Origin: Candidatus Omnitrophota bacterium
GTDB taxonomy: Bacteria > Omnitrophota > Gorgyraeia > Gygaellales > Profunditerraquicolaceae
NCBI GenBank assembly: GCA_022710715.1
Contig: JAKLGJ010000004.1
Coordinates: forward strand, 192,166 to 256,165
DNA: 64,000 nt
Direction of reading: 5' to 3'
A model generated the notes under the pieces. It was not told where the DNA came from, made no database searches, and saw only the letters and a list, made by a program, of their open reading frames with translations. Within the stretch, counting starts at the first letter, position 1, and each line of letters opens with the position of its first letter. Below are positions 11,121 through 20,186 of this stretch, in pieces. A program made the position numbers and the translations under genes.

Positions 11121-13970
11121 ATGCACAGCCACGGAGCCCGTAGGTCTTTCCCCGCTACTTTCTTTTCAGCATTCTCGCCGCTATTCTTAACTACTAGGTT
11201 GTTCTTCAGACAAGTACTTATTTTAAGCATGATTGTTGCGGTTATTTTTTCTCCGGCAGCGGGTTATTGTTTTGACTTTTCCGGAACGACCGCAACCCGA
11301 ACGCAGAACCGGCTGGCCACGAGCTTCACGCCGGTGCAGGCAACGACGGCAGCAGCGGCAGCAACGCGGCCGAACTGCGCGGCGAATGCGCTGTCCCATA
11401 TCCTCCAGGGAGTTTCTCCGGAGATGCTTCAGCAGGAGTTGAAGGGTTACACCGCCGGCCGTCAAACCACCATGCTGGGGATGCAGCAGGTAGCGATGAT
11501 CAACGGCACGGACATGCGCGGAGCGGCGTTCAGCTATGACGATCTGCGTCAGGCGCAAGGCGCGGTGATCGCGCATATGGATCTGGGAGAGGATCGAGGT
11601 CATTATGTGGATGTGCTCAAGGCAACCGCGTACGCGGTTACCTATATAGATAATCAGTCGGTGACCACCGTGTCGCGTGACGAATTCGAATCATTGTGGA
11701 CGGGAGCAGTCCTGACCGAGGATACGCAGCGGGGCAGGGATCTCACTGCGACGGAGATGCAGGAAATCAGCGGCGGTTGGGATATCGTGGGGGCGATCGG
11801 AGGTGCCGTCAGCGGCATCGCTTCCGCGGTCACCTCAACCGCCGGCGCAGTGGTCTCTGCGGTACAAACAGGTATCTCCGCCGCAGCTTCAACCGTACAT
11901 TCGATCGGCGCCGGTTTATCGAGTATGGCCAGTTCCGGCGCAGGCAATGCCGCGTCTAACACCTGCGGAAATACCGTCGGCGCCAGCCAGGGTAATACTT
12001 CTGGATCGCTCCCGGGTATCGGCGGCATTCTGACCAAAAGTACTGTCAGTCTGTCCAACAGTACCGGCGGGTCGAATTCTTCCGGTTCAGGCGTTCCCTT
12101 TGCGTATACCCCTTCTAACGGCTCGTTATTGAAAGACCTGATCAGCGCAACGACGGTTTCAGTGCAACCTGCAGCCGCCTCAAAGCAACCTGTTACCACT
12201 TCGGCTTCCGGGTCAGGCGCCTATGTTGATCAGCAGGGCCGAACCGTGCAGGTGACCACTGACGGTTTATCATATGAAGCCAGGGACAGCCGGGGCATGA
12301 TCGTGGCCAGCGGTTCCTGCGGCTCCTGGGGCAACGAGATCTACAGCCAGTCGTTGGAACCGATGGTAACTGCTCCTGCGGGTGTTTCCGGCGCGCCGGA
12401 AGCCGGCCAGCGCCCGGAAGTTCAGGCGCCGACGTCGGTGATCGATCTCGACCGGCAGGACGCGGCCAAGATCAACGCCAGCCAGCTCGCCGACGGACAG
12501 ATCGTTCGTCTGCCCGGCAATGCCCTATTGAAGGATCAATATTTCCAGTGGGATGCCGCCAAGAATGAATTTTATGAGGTTCCCCGTCCTGAAGGCGTCG
12601 AGCCGTCCAGGAACGTCAGCACCGCAGGAATCAATCTGCCTGAATTCAACGGATTGTCCGGGTTGTCGAAGAACAATCGGACAGAGACGGGCGTAAACAA
12701 TGTGATCACGCGCACTGAAGTAGTCAAAGTCAAAGAAACTGTTATTGACGGTGACGGCGGCGATTTGTATCAGGATCCCGACGGCAACATCGTGTCGGTT
12801 TCGCGCAACGGCAGCGCCTATGAAGTAAGGGATAGCCGCGGCAGTATCATTTCCAGCGGATCGGGCGGAAGCTGGAGGCAGGATCCCTATTCCGCGGCGC
12901 TGGTGCCGGTTCAGCGCACGAAGGCTGCATTGAGCAAAGAGATGCTCGACGAGAAGACAATGAATGAGAGCATGGCTGTCTGTTCCGCGGCCATGAGTAA
13001 GGGACAGCTTGAGCAGATGGCGCTGACCCGGGATGATTCTTCGGGTTTTCTGGAAAAGCTGTCAGAACTTTTTATGCCTTCGCCGCAGCAGGCGGTTTCC
13101 CGTCTTCTGGCTAAAGTTGAAGGCGCCGGCACCATTGATGCTAAAAAAGATGCCGCGACGGATATCACGCATCTCTACCGTTCAGCGGATGATCCAGGCG
13201 ATCAAGCCGTCATCAACAATGCGTTGCTCAATTCCGATGCCGGATTGATCAATGAGCGTAACCAGGCTATCTGGGAGAAGCACGGGGTGATCGTTCTGGA
13301 ATTCCAGCGGCAGTTGACGCCGGAAGAAGCCGCGACCATTGATTCCACGCTAAGCGCTTTACCGCAGGATAAAATGCCGGAAGTGATCTCTCTGGAAGCG
13401 GAATCCGCAATACAGGATCGCATTGGCGAATACCAGGCAGACAGCAGGGCTATCGTTATTTTCGCAAATGTCGCTCCCGGTGGAGCATACTGGACTGAAG
13501 ACCAGTACCGCCGCACGCTGGTTCATGAGATCGCGCATTACAATGATTTTGCCCGCAGGAGCGAGCCATTTTCCTTAAAACTTGACGGCGCAATTTCGTA
13601 TGCGTCTGACCCGAAGGTTTATAACTATGCCGAAGCATACGGCCAGAAAAACAAACTGGAAGATTATGCGACTATGCAGGAAGCCTACTTCGAGGATTCC
13701 GAATCCGTATTCTCTCGCGGTGTGGGAAATATGCTCGAGTATGAGGACGATACGTTTTTATCGAAAGTCAGCAATGTCGCTTCTTCGTACCAGCATACCC
13801 GGCAGCTTTCCGACGGTCAGACAGTGAAATGCACGTACACCTACGCTATTGACCCGGAAACCGGTGATGTGACCCGCAGCGAAGTCGCGTTGAAGGATAT
13901 GATCATAGAGGGCGAGTCGTTCCTGCTTCCGGATTTCGGCCAGACCTACGAAACCATCCGCCTTGTTTAG
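11121..13970 (+). CDS. Secreted multidomain protein: N-terminal C39-like (papain-fold) cysteine peptidase domain, Gly/Ser/Ala-rich linkers with internal repeats, C-terminal HEXXH zinc metallopeptidase domain
   Basis: Hydrophobic signal/anchor. NCAANALSH...GHYVDV matches the C39 Cys/His blocks. HEIAH lies at residues 802-806 with downstream Glu residues. AAGAGG RBS 7 nt upstream of the ATG. Confidence 0.6.
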   Translation: MHSHGARRSFPATFFSAFSPLFLTTRLFFRQVLILSMIVAVIFSPAAGYCFDFSGTTATRTQNRLATSFTPVQATTAAAAATRPNCAANALSHILQGVSPEMLQQELKGYTAGRQTTMLGMQQVAMINGTDMRGAAFSYDDLRQAQGAVIAHMDLGEDRGHYVDVLKATAYAVTYIDNQSVTTVSRDEFESLWTGAVLTEDTQRGRDLTATEMQEISGGWDIVGAIGGAVSGIASAVTSTAGAVVSAVQTGISAAASTVHSIGAGLSSMASSGAGNAASNTCGNTVGASQGNTSGSLPGIGGILTKSTVSLSNSTGGSNSSGSGVPFAYTPSNGSLLKDLISATTVSVQPAAASKQPVTTSASGSGAYVDQQGRTVQVTTDGLSYEARDSRGMIVASGSCGSWGNEIYSQSLEPMVTAPAGVSGAPEAGQRPEVQAPTSVIDLDRQDAAKINASQLADGQIVRLPGNALLKDQYFQWDAAKNEFYEVPRPEGVEPSRNVSTAGINLPEFNGLSGLSKNNRTETGVNNVITRTEVVKVKETVIDGDGGDLYQDPDGNIVSVSRNGSAYEVRDSRGSIISSGSGGSWRQDPYSAALVPVQRTKAALSKEMLDEKTMNESMAVCSAAMSKGQLEQMALTRDDSSGFLEKLSELFMPSPQQAVSRLLAKVEGAGTIDAKKDAATDITHLYRSADDPGDQAVINNALLNSDAGLINERNQAIWEKHGVIVLEFQRQLTPEEAATIDSTLSALPQDKMPEVISLEAESAIQDRIGEYQADSRAIVIFANVAPGGAYWTEDQYRRTLVHEIAHYNDFARRSEPFSLKLDGAISYASDPKVYNYAEAYGQKNKLEDYATMQEAYFEDSESVFSRGVGNMLEYEDDTFLSKVSNVASSYQHTRQLSDGQTVKCTYTYAIDPETGDVTRSEVALKDMIIEGESFLLPDFGQTYETIRLV

Positions 13971-14096
13971 CAGACGCTTTCCCTAAACCATGGCGGTCTA
14001 AAGGTTTGCGATAATATTATTCTTGCCTCGATAATTGTCGCGTTAATAATATTTTTGTAATTCGTTGCCAGCCATGAAGATGGGGAAAGCGTCTGC
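13970..14096. repeat. 127 bp TIR-flanked (MITE-like) element, copy A
   Basis: Left end GCAGACGCTTTCCC and right end GATGGGGAAAGCGTCTGC form an 18 bp terminal inverted repeat. Internal AATATTATTC and AATAATATTTTTGTAA blocks are shared with the copy at 62646-62772. The element begins at the G of the TAG stop codon. Confidence 0.6.
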
Positions 14097-14140
14097 GAAT
14101 TGTCTTGAGCCTGAAGGCAAAGCGTGTTACAATTCCCTCT

Positions 14141-14983
14141 ATGCTCGAGCGTATTGTTATTTTTATTTTCGGTTCGATCGTGGGCAGCTTTTTGAATGTC
14201 TGTATCCATCGCCTGCCGTTGAATGAATCCATCGTCTGGCCGGGTTCACATTGCCCCCAATGCAACAAACCCATTCCCTGGTATCTTAATATCCCGCTGG
14301 TCAGTTATCTGGCGTTGCTGGGTAAATGCCGTTACTGCAAGAAGCCCATTGCCTTCAGATATTTCCTGGTCGAACTGCTCACCGCGTTGACTTTCCTGGT
14401 ATTCTTCATGCGTTATGAACTGAAGTTCGAATTCTTTTTCTATAGCTTGTTTGTCTGCGGCTTGATCATTTCCACGTTCGTCGACATTCAACACCGCATT
14501 ATTCCCGACGAAATCTCGGTCGGCGGAATGATCGCGGGGTTTGCTCTGGTTGTCCTCAAAACCGCCTGGAGCGGTTTCCAGACAGCGGGCTTGCGTCCGG
14601 CGCAGTGGGGCTGGTTCCCGGCGTTTGATTCGTTGGCCGGCATCATTGTCGGCGGCGGGGTCATCTACGCCACGGGATTCCTGTTCGACCTGGTTTATTT
14701 CAAGCTGCTCAAGAAACCGCCGATACAGGGGGAGACCGAATCCATGGGCGGGGGAGACGTCAAGCTCCTGGCGATGATCGGAGCGTTCCTGGGCTGGCAG
14801 AATGCGCTGCTCACTTTTTTCCTGGCGCCGTTCTTCGGATTGATCGTCGGCGCAGCCAATATGCTGATCAAGAAAGATCACACTATCCCTTACGGGCCGT
14901 TCCTCTCGCTGGCGGCGGTGATCGTGCTTTTCTGGGGACCGATCATCATCCGACCGTTTATCTACCTGCCCTGTCCGTATTGA
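14141..14983 (+). CDS. pilD: Prepilin peptidase (type IV leader peptidase / N-methyltransferase, A24 family)
   Basis: N-terminal CxxC...CxxC zinc motif (HCPQCN...CRYCK), 6-8 TM helices and GGGDVKL catalytic Asp box. Confidence 0.85.
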   Translation: MLERIVIFIFGSIVGSFLNVCIHRLPLNESIVWPGSHCPQCNKPIPWYLNIPLVSYLALLGKCRYCKKPIAFRYFLVELLTALTFLVFFMRYELKFEFFFYSLFVCGLIISTFVDIQHRIIPDEISVGGMIAGFALVVLKTAWSGFQTAGLRPAQWGWFPAFDSLAGIIVGGGVIYATGFLFDLVYFKLLKKPPIQGETESMGGGDVKLLAMIGAFLGWQNALLTFFLAPFFGLIVGAANMLIKKDHTIPYGPFLSLAAVIVLFWGPIIIRPFIYLPCPY

Positions 14984-14987
14984 TCCT

Positions 14988-15707
14988 ATGGCTGTCCTCC
15001 AAGGTCCTGAATTCTATATTTCCAAACGCGCCGGTCGGGCGATCATCGATCATGCGTTGATCGATGAAGGCGACACTATCCTGGTCGCTCTTTCCGGCGG
15101 CAAAGACAGTCTGACCTTGCTGCAGATCCTGCGCGATCGTCAGAAATTCGTTCCTATCCGCTACCGGCTGGTTGCCGCGCATATCGATTTCGGGTTCCAC
15201 GCCTCGCTCCCCGGGCAATTGTCAAGGCACTGTAAAAAGCTGGGCGTGCCCTTTCACCGGGTGAAACTCGATGTCCTGCGCAAAGCTCCCCGGGAGAAGA
15301 TCAACTGTTTCTGGTGCTCCTGGAACCGGCGCAAAGCGCTGTTTCAACTGGCTGACCGTCTGGGGATACGTAAGATCGCTTTCGGCCATCACAAGGACGA
15401 TATCGCCCAGACCATGCTGATGAACCTTTTCTTCCACGGAGAGATCTCCACCATGTGCCCCCGTCAGGAATTATTCCGGGGAAAGATCGTGATCATCAGA
15501 CCGCTGGCGTATGTCGATGAATCGATGATCCGGACCTTCGCCCGCAGGATGCGATTCTCCGTTCAGACCTGTCGTTGTCCCCGGGGTGATCTGTCTCAAC
15601 GGCATACGGTCGCCGGCATCATCCGCGATCTGGAAAAAATCTGCCCCGAAGTCAAAACCAACCTTACCAAAAGCACCGGCCGCATCAAGCAGGATTATTT
15701 GGGTTAA
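14988..15707 (+). CDS. ttcA: tRNA 2-thiocytidine synthetase TtcA-like PP-loop ATPase
   Basis: SGGKDS PP-loop and CxxC...C Fe-S cysteines (CFWCSW). Confidence 0.75.
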   Translation: MAVLQGPEFYISKRAGRAIIDHALIDEGDTILVALSGGKDSLTLLQILRDRQKFVPIRYRLVAAHIDFGFHASLPGQLSRHCKKLGVPFHRVKLDVLRKAPREKINCFWCSWNRRKALFQLADRLGIRKIAFGHHKDDIAQTMLMNLFFHGEISTMCPRQELFRGKIVIIRPLAYVDESMIRTFARRMRFSVQTCRCPRGDLSQRHTVAGIIRDLEKICPEVKTNLTKSTGRIKQDYLG

Positions 15708-15737
15708 CATCCGCACGATTAGTGATATAATTTGAGT

Positions 15738-15956
15738 ATGAGAATATCTGTCCGGGTTGTTCCCAGGGCCAGCCGCACCGCCGTCAAAGAAGAGAACGGC
15801 GTGTTGAAAGTATATCTGACCCGTCCGGCTCAAGACGGCCAGGCCAATGCCCAGCTCATCGCAGTGCTGGCCGATCATTTTCAGGTTAAAAAATATCAGA
15901 TCGGCATTGTTGCCGGGCAAACCTCCCGTACTAAAATCGTGGATATCCAGCCGTAA
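15738..15956 (+). CDS. yggU: DUF167 (YggU/UPF0235) family protein
   Basis: About 73 aa with the YggU-like motif. Confidence 0.7.
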   Translation: MRISVRVVPRASRTAVKEENGVLKVYLTRPAQDGQANAQLIAVLADHFQVKKYQIGIVAGQTSRTKIVDIQP

Positions 15957-15958
15957 GC

Positions 15959-16711
15959 ATGTCAGAGATCATTTCCGCAGATCAGCAGCACATACAGTTC
16001 AACACCGGATCGTGCGCCGGGCCGGTAGCTGTTTTCAGCCGCAAGCTTGACGGGAATATGTCCCTGCATCATGGCGATACCGGCGCTTCGCTGGAGCACC
16101 GCAAAACGTTTCTTGAGGCGTACGGGATCGATTACCGGCAGCTGGTGTGCGCCCAGCAGGTGCACGCGTCGGGCGTGTACCGGGCGCAGGCGCAGGACCG
16201 GGGCAGGGGGGCGATGGAATACGCGACCGCATGTCCCGCAACCGACAGCTTTATCACCGGCGAAAAAAATATCCCTCTGGCGATCTTCACCGCGGACTGC
16301 CTGCCGGTTTTTCTCTACGCTCCGCAGTATCCGTGTATCGGCCTGGTCCACGCCGGTTGGCGCAGCACTGCCGCCGGGATCGTGGCCAAAACGCTGGCGT
16401 GCATGCGCGAAGCGTTCGGCGTGACGGCGCAACAGGTTTACGCGGGATTCGGCCCGGCGATCCGGCAGTGTTGTTATGAAGTCGGCGCGCAGTTCAGGGA
16501 TACGTTTCCCGGCCAGGTCAGCGAGCGCCAGGGGCGACTGTTTTTCGATCTGGTCGCCGCGAATACCGCTCAATTGCTCGCAGCCGGCGTCCGCCGGGAG
16601 TTCATCAGCGACTGCGGTATCTGCACCGGTTGCCGCTGCCGGGATTATTTCTCGCATCGCCGCCAGCCGCTGCCCGGCGGCAGGATGCTTTCCGTGATGA
16701 TGCTGCGATGA
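15959..16711 (+). CDS. pgeF: YfiH/PgeF (DUF152) family purine nucleoside phosphorylase / peptidoglycan editing factor
   Basis: Conserved His/Cys residues of the YfiH fold (HAGWRS, FTADCLPV). yggU-yfiH adjacency is common. Confidence 0.75.
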   Translation: MSEIISADQQHIQFNTGSCAGPVAVFSRKLDGNMSLHHGDTGASLEHRKTFLEAYGIDYRQLVCAQQVHASGVYRAQAQDRGRGAMEYATACPATDSFITGEKNIPLAIFTADCLPVFLYAPQYPCIGLVHAGWRSTAAGIVAKTLACMREAFGVTAQQVYAGFGPAIRQCCYEVGAQFRDTFPGQVSERQGRLFFDLVAANTAQLLAAGVRREFISDCGICTGCRCRDYFSHRRQPLPGGRMLSVMMLR

Positions 16712-17385
16712 TACTTCCTTTACGAGACGAGAATCCTACCCGGACCGTTCCTTTTATTACGGTCGCCATCATCATCGCCAATGCCCTGGTGTTCTTCTAT
16801 GAGCTGCAACTGGGCGCGTACCTGGAAGGTTTTGTCAAGGTTTTCGGGATGGTGCCGAATAACCTGATGCACCTGCGGGATCCCTCCGCGTTGATCACGC
16901 TGGTTACCTGCATGTTCGTGCATGGAAGTATCGTGCATCTGGTCGGCAACATGCTCTACCTGTGGATATTCGGCAATAATATCGAAGACCGCCTGGGACA
17001 TCTGCGGTTCATCTTTTTCTACCTGCTCTGCGGCCTTGCCGGCTCTCTGGGCCATATCGCTTCCTCGCCGTACTCCACGGTGCCTACGATCGGAGCCAGC
17101 GGAGCGATTTCCGGAATACTGGGAGCCTATCTGGTAGTCTATCCCCGGGCCAAAATACAGACGCTGTTTTTTGTCGTCTTTTTTGTCCGCCTGGTTACCA
17201 TAGACGCGCGGTGGTTCTTGCTGGTATGGATCGCGTTTCAGCTCGTCAGCGGGGTTTCTTCCTATACGCTGGCCGGTTCCGGCGCGCAGGACGGGGTGGC
17301 CTGGTTTGCGCATTGCGCCGGATTCTTTGCCGGGGTGATCGGGGTGTTTTTGCTGGCTCCCCGTCGGCTTCAACGGGAAGAGTGA
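16708..17385 (+). CDS. Rhomboid family intramembrane serine protease
   Basis: Six TM helices, catalytic GASG Ser motif and a His in TM6 (HxxGxxxG). Confidence 0.8.
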   Translation: MILPLRDENPTRTVPFITVAIIIANALVFFYELQLGAYLEGFVKVFGMVPNNLMHLRDPSALITLVTCMFVHGSIVHLVGNMLYLWIFGNNIEDRLGHLRFIFFYLLCGLAGSLGHIASSPYSTVPTIGASGAISGILGAYLVVYPRAKIQTLFFVVFFVRLVTIDARWFLLVWIAFQLVSGVSSYTLAGSGAQDGVAWFAHCAGFFAGVIGVFLLAPRRLQREE

Positions 17386-17392
17386 GAAGCGT

Positions 17393-18238
17393 ATGCTGAA
17401 AAAAAAAGAAAAAGACCTGGTCAAACGCTGTTTTCTCGACGGTAAAGTCGTTTTCCTGACCGGCGCCGGCATTTCGCTGGAATCCGGCATTCCTACTTTC
17501 AGGGGCAAGGGCGGACTGTGGGAACGGTATGATCCGGATACCTACGCTACCATCGAAGGCCTGGCGAGCGTGCTGCGCCGCACGCCGCGGAAATTCGTGC
17601 GTTTTGTCGAGGAATTTTACGAGGCGCTTTTGCAGGCCAAACCCAATCCGGCGCACCTGGCGCTGGCAGCGCTGGAGAAATCCGGGATCATGTCGGGGGT
17701 GATAACCCAGAATATCGATAACCTGCATCAACGCGCCGGCTGCCGTACGGTGGTGGAATTGCACGGCAATGCTTTCCGCGTCCGTTGCCAGCGTTGCGCA
17801 ACGGGGATCCCTCTGGAAGCGCAGCGGATCAGGGAAATGGTCAGCCTGCTGGGTAAGAACGCTCATTCGTATCGCAGCCTGCTTTCCATTTTCGCCCGCT
17901 ATTGCCCGCGCTGCGGTGTTGCCCTGTCGGGCGCTGCCGGGAATTGCGCCGGCAGGTTCCGTATCGACGTGGTTTTTTTCGGCGAGATGCTCCCCGAACA
18001 GGAGGTTGCCCGGGCCTACGCACTGATCGATCGCTGCCGGACGCTGGCGGTTGTCGGCAGTTCTCTGGTGGTGTATCCGGCGGCGTCATTGCCGTTATAT
18101 GCCAAACAGAGGGGGGCGAGGGTCATCGAGATCAATGCCGAACCGTCGGCGCTGTCTGCGCAGATCGACTATTCATTTACGGGTAAAGCCGGCGTCATTC
18201 TGCCGGAAATACTGGATGTGCTCAAGATCGCGGGATAA
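17393..18238 (+). CDS. cobB: NAD-dependent protein deacylase (Sir2 family)
   Basis: GAGISxESGIPTFRG motif, QNIDNLH motif and a CxxC...CxxC zinc ribbon. Confidence 0.85.
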   Translation: MLKKKEKDLVKRCFLDGKVVFLTGAGISLESGIPTFRGKGGLWERYDPDTYATIEGLASVLRRTPRKFVRFVEEFYEALLQAKPNPAHLALAALEKSGIMSGVITQNIDNLHQRAGCRTVVELHGNAFRVRCQRCATGIPLEAQRIREMVSLLGKNAHSYRSLLSIFARYCPRCGVALSGAAGNCAGRFRIDVVFFGEMLPEQEVARAYALIDRCRTLAVVGSSLVVYPAASLPLYAKQRGARVIEINAEPSALSAQIDYSFTGKAGVILPEILDVLKIAG

Positions 18239-18268
18239 TCGTATCCACCCTATGCTCAAGGAGGTCCT

Positions 18269-18745
18269 ATGGCCAGAATACTTATCGTTTACTATTCACG
18301 CAGCGGCAATACCAGGAAAATGGCGGAGTTGATCGCCGAAGGAGCCGAAAAACAGGGGGGAGTCGTGACGGTGAAAGACGTTAAAGCGGTTGCGGCAAAA
18401 GAGCTTATCGAATTCGACGCTTTGATTATCGGTTCCCCGGCGTATTACGGCACCATGGCTGCGCCGCTCAAGCAACTGCTTGATGATTCGGTGAGTTTAC
18501 ACGGCAAGCTCGACGGTAAAATCGGGGGCGCTTTTTGTTCCAGCGCTAATATCGCCGGAGGCAACGAAACCACCATCCTAGATATCTTGAATGCGTTATT
18601 GATTCATGGTATGATACTGCAAGGTGATCCTCAAGGAGATCATTACGGTCCGGTTGCCATCGGCGCGCCGGATCATCGCGCAAGCAAAGAATGTCTGCGT
18701 TTCGGAAGCAGGATTGCCGCGTTAACCATGAAACTGCATGGCTGA
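18269..18745 (+). CDS. Flavodoxin-like fold NAD(P)H-dependent oxidoreductase
   Basis: Flavodoxin-like SRSGNT phosphate-binding loop. Confidence 0.65.
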   Translation: MARILIVYYSRSGNTRKMAELIAEGAEKQGGVVTVKDVKAVAAKELIEFDALIIGSPAYYGTMAAPLKQLLDDSVSLHGKLDGKIGGAFCSSANIAGGNETTILDILNALLIHGMILQGDPQGDHYGPVAIGAPDHRASKECLRFGSRIAALTMKLHG

Positions 18746-19070
18746 AAAAAAGCACGTCATTATTTTCATTACCGTTGCCGGCGTTAAGCAGGCTAACGGG
18801 ATCGCCGAGGCTCTGGTGCGCCAGCGGCTGGCGGCATGCGTGAATATCGTCAAAGGAGTCACCTCGGTATTCCGGTGGCAGGGAAAGATCGACCGGGCGC
18901 AGGAGGTGTTGTTGATCGTAAAGACTACCGCCGCCCGGATGGAACCGCTCATGCGCTGCGTGCGCACCCTGCATAGTTATGAAGTCCCGGAGATCATCGC
19001 GGTCCCGATTGTCGCCGGTCATCAACCTTATCTGGAGTGGATTAATGCATCTGTCGGGAAACCCGCTTGA
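18738..19070 (+). CDS. cutA: Divalent-cation tolerance protein CutA
   Basis: CutA1 fold signature; immediately upstream of a DsbD-type gene as in the E. coli cutA-dsbD operon. Confidence 0.8.
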   Translation: MAEKKHVIIFITVAGVKQANGIAEALVRQRLAACVNIVKGVTSVFRWQGKIDRAQEVLLIVKTTAARMEPLMRCVRTLHSYEVPEIIAVPIVAGHQPYLEWINASVGKPA

Positions 19071-19713
19071 TTACCTGATCGTCTTTCTGGGGGGAATCAC
19101 CTTGAGCTTCACTCCATGCGTCTACCCGTTGATCCCGGTAACCACGGGGTATATCGGCCTTAATGCCGGCGGCTCGAAACTCAAGGCTTTCAGCTTGAGC
19201 TTCGTGTATGTCAGCGGCATAGCCGTCACCTACGCCGCTCTGGGATTGCTGGCTTCTTTGACCGGAAAGCTGTTCGGCCGGATCAGCGCCCATCCGGCGA
19301 CGTTGATCGTGGTAGGCGCGGTGTTCGTTCTTTTCGGCCTTTCGATGCTCGATGTTTTTGCGGTTTATTTCCCCGCGGTCAGCCGTCTGGAGAAGATCAA
19401 AGGTCACGGATATCATTCGATCTTTCTGCTGGGGCTTTTTTCCGGATTGATCGCTTCGCCCTGTGTGGCTCCGGCGCTGGGCGCGATCCTGGTTTTTATC
19501 GCCACCACCAGAAATGTCGTTTATGGCACCAGCTTATTGCTGGTATTCGGTTACGGTATGGGGCTTTTGCTCATTCTGGCTGGGACGTTCAGCACAGTGT
19601 TGCTGCACCTGCCTAGATCAGGGAAATGGATGGTTTATGTGGAGAGGGTCTGTGCCGCAGTGTTGATGGGCACCGGAGCCTTTTTCATCATAACAGGCAT
19701 AGGGAGATTATGA
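19045..19713 (+). CDS. ccdA: Cytochrome c biogenesis protein CcdA / DsbD transmembrane domain
   Basis: Two conserved cysteines in TM helices (FTPCVYPL, SPCVAP). Overlaps the cutA 3' end. Confidence 0.8.
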   Translation: MHLSGNPLDYLIVFLGGITLSFTPCVYPLIPVTTGYIGLNAGGSKLKAFSLSFVYVSGIAVTYAALGLLASLTGKLFGRISAHPATLIVVGAVFVLFGLSMLDVFAVYFPAVSRLEKIKGHGYHSIFLLGLFSGLIASPCVAPALGAILVFIATTRNVVYGTSLLLVFGYGMGLLLILAGTFSTVLLHLPRSGKWMVYVERVCAAVLMGTGAFFIITGIGRL

Positions 19714-20186
19714 AGATGCGTACATTTATCGGATCGCTCGTCGTCGCCGCTTGTGCATTGTCGCTGCTGGCCACCGCTGCTGCTGAAGAGCTCCAGCCGG
19801 CCGTCGATTTCTCGCTCAATGATTTGCAGGGTCAACAGGTGCAGTTGAGTTCTTTCAAAGGGAAACAGTCGGTCCTGCTTTTCTTCTGGACCAGCTGGTG
19901 CCCTTTTTGTTTGAAAGAGATCAAAGCGCTTAATGAGAAACGGCAGGCGTTTGAAGCCAGGAATATCCGGATCCTGGCCATCAATTCCGGAGAATCGAAA
20001 GCAGTGGCGCAGCGCCTGGTGAAAAACTACACGATTTCCCTGCACGTGCTGCTGGATGAGGATGGCCGGGTAAGCGATACGTACCATGTCCTGGGCGTTC
20101 CGACGCTGGTGTTGATCGACAAATCGGGTCTCGTCCGCTTTACCGGTCATGCCGAGCCTAAAGAGGAAATTGAATCGTTGCCATGA
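19710..20186 (+). CDS. tlpA: TlpA/ResA-like periplasmic thioredoxin (thiol-disulfide oxidoreductase)
   Basis: Signal peptide and a WCPFC thioredoxin active site. AGGGAG RBS upstream. Confidence 0.85.
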   Translation: MKMRTFIGSLVVAACALSLLATAAAEELQPAVDFSLNDLQGQQVQLSSFKGKQSVLLFFWTSWCPFCLKEIKALNEKRQAFEARNIRILAINSGESKAVAQRLVKNYTISLHVLLDEDGRVSDTYHVLGVPTLVLIDKSGLVRFTGHAEPKEEIESLP

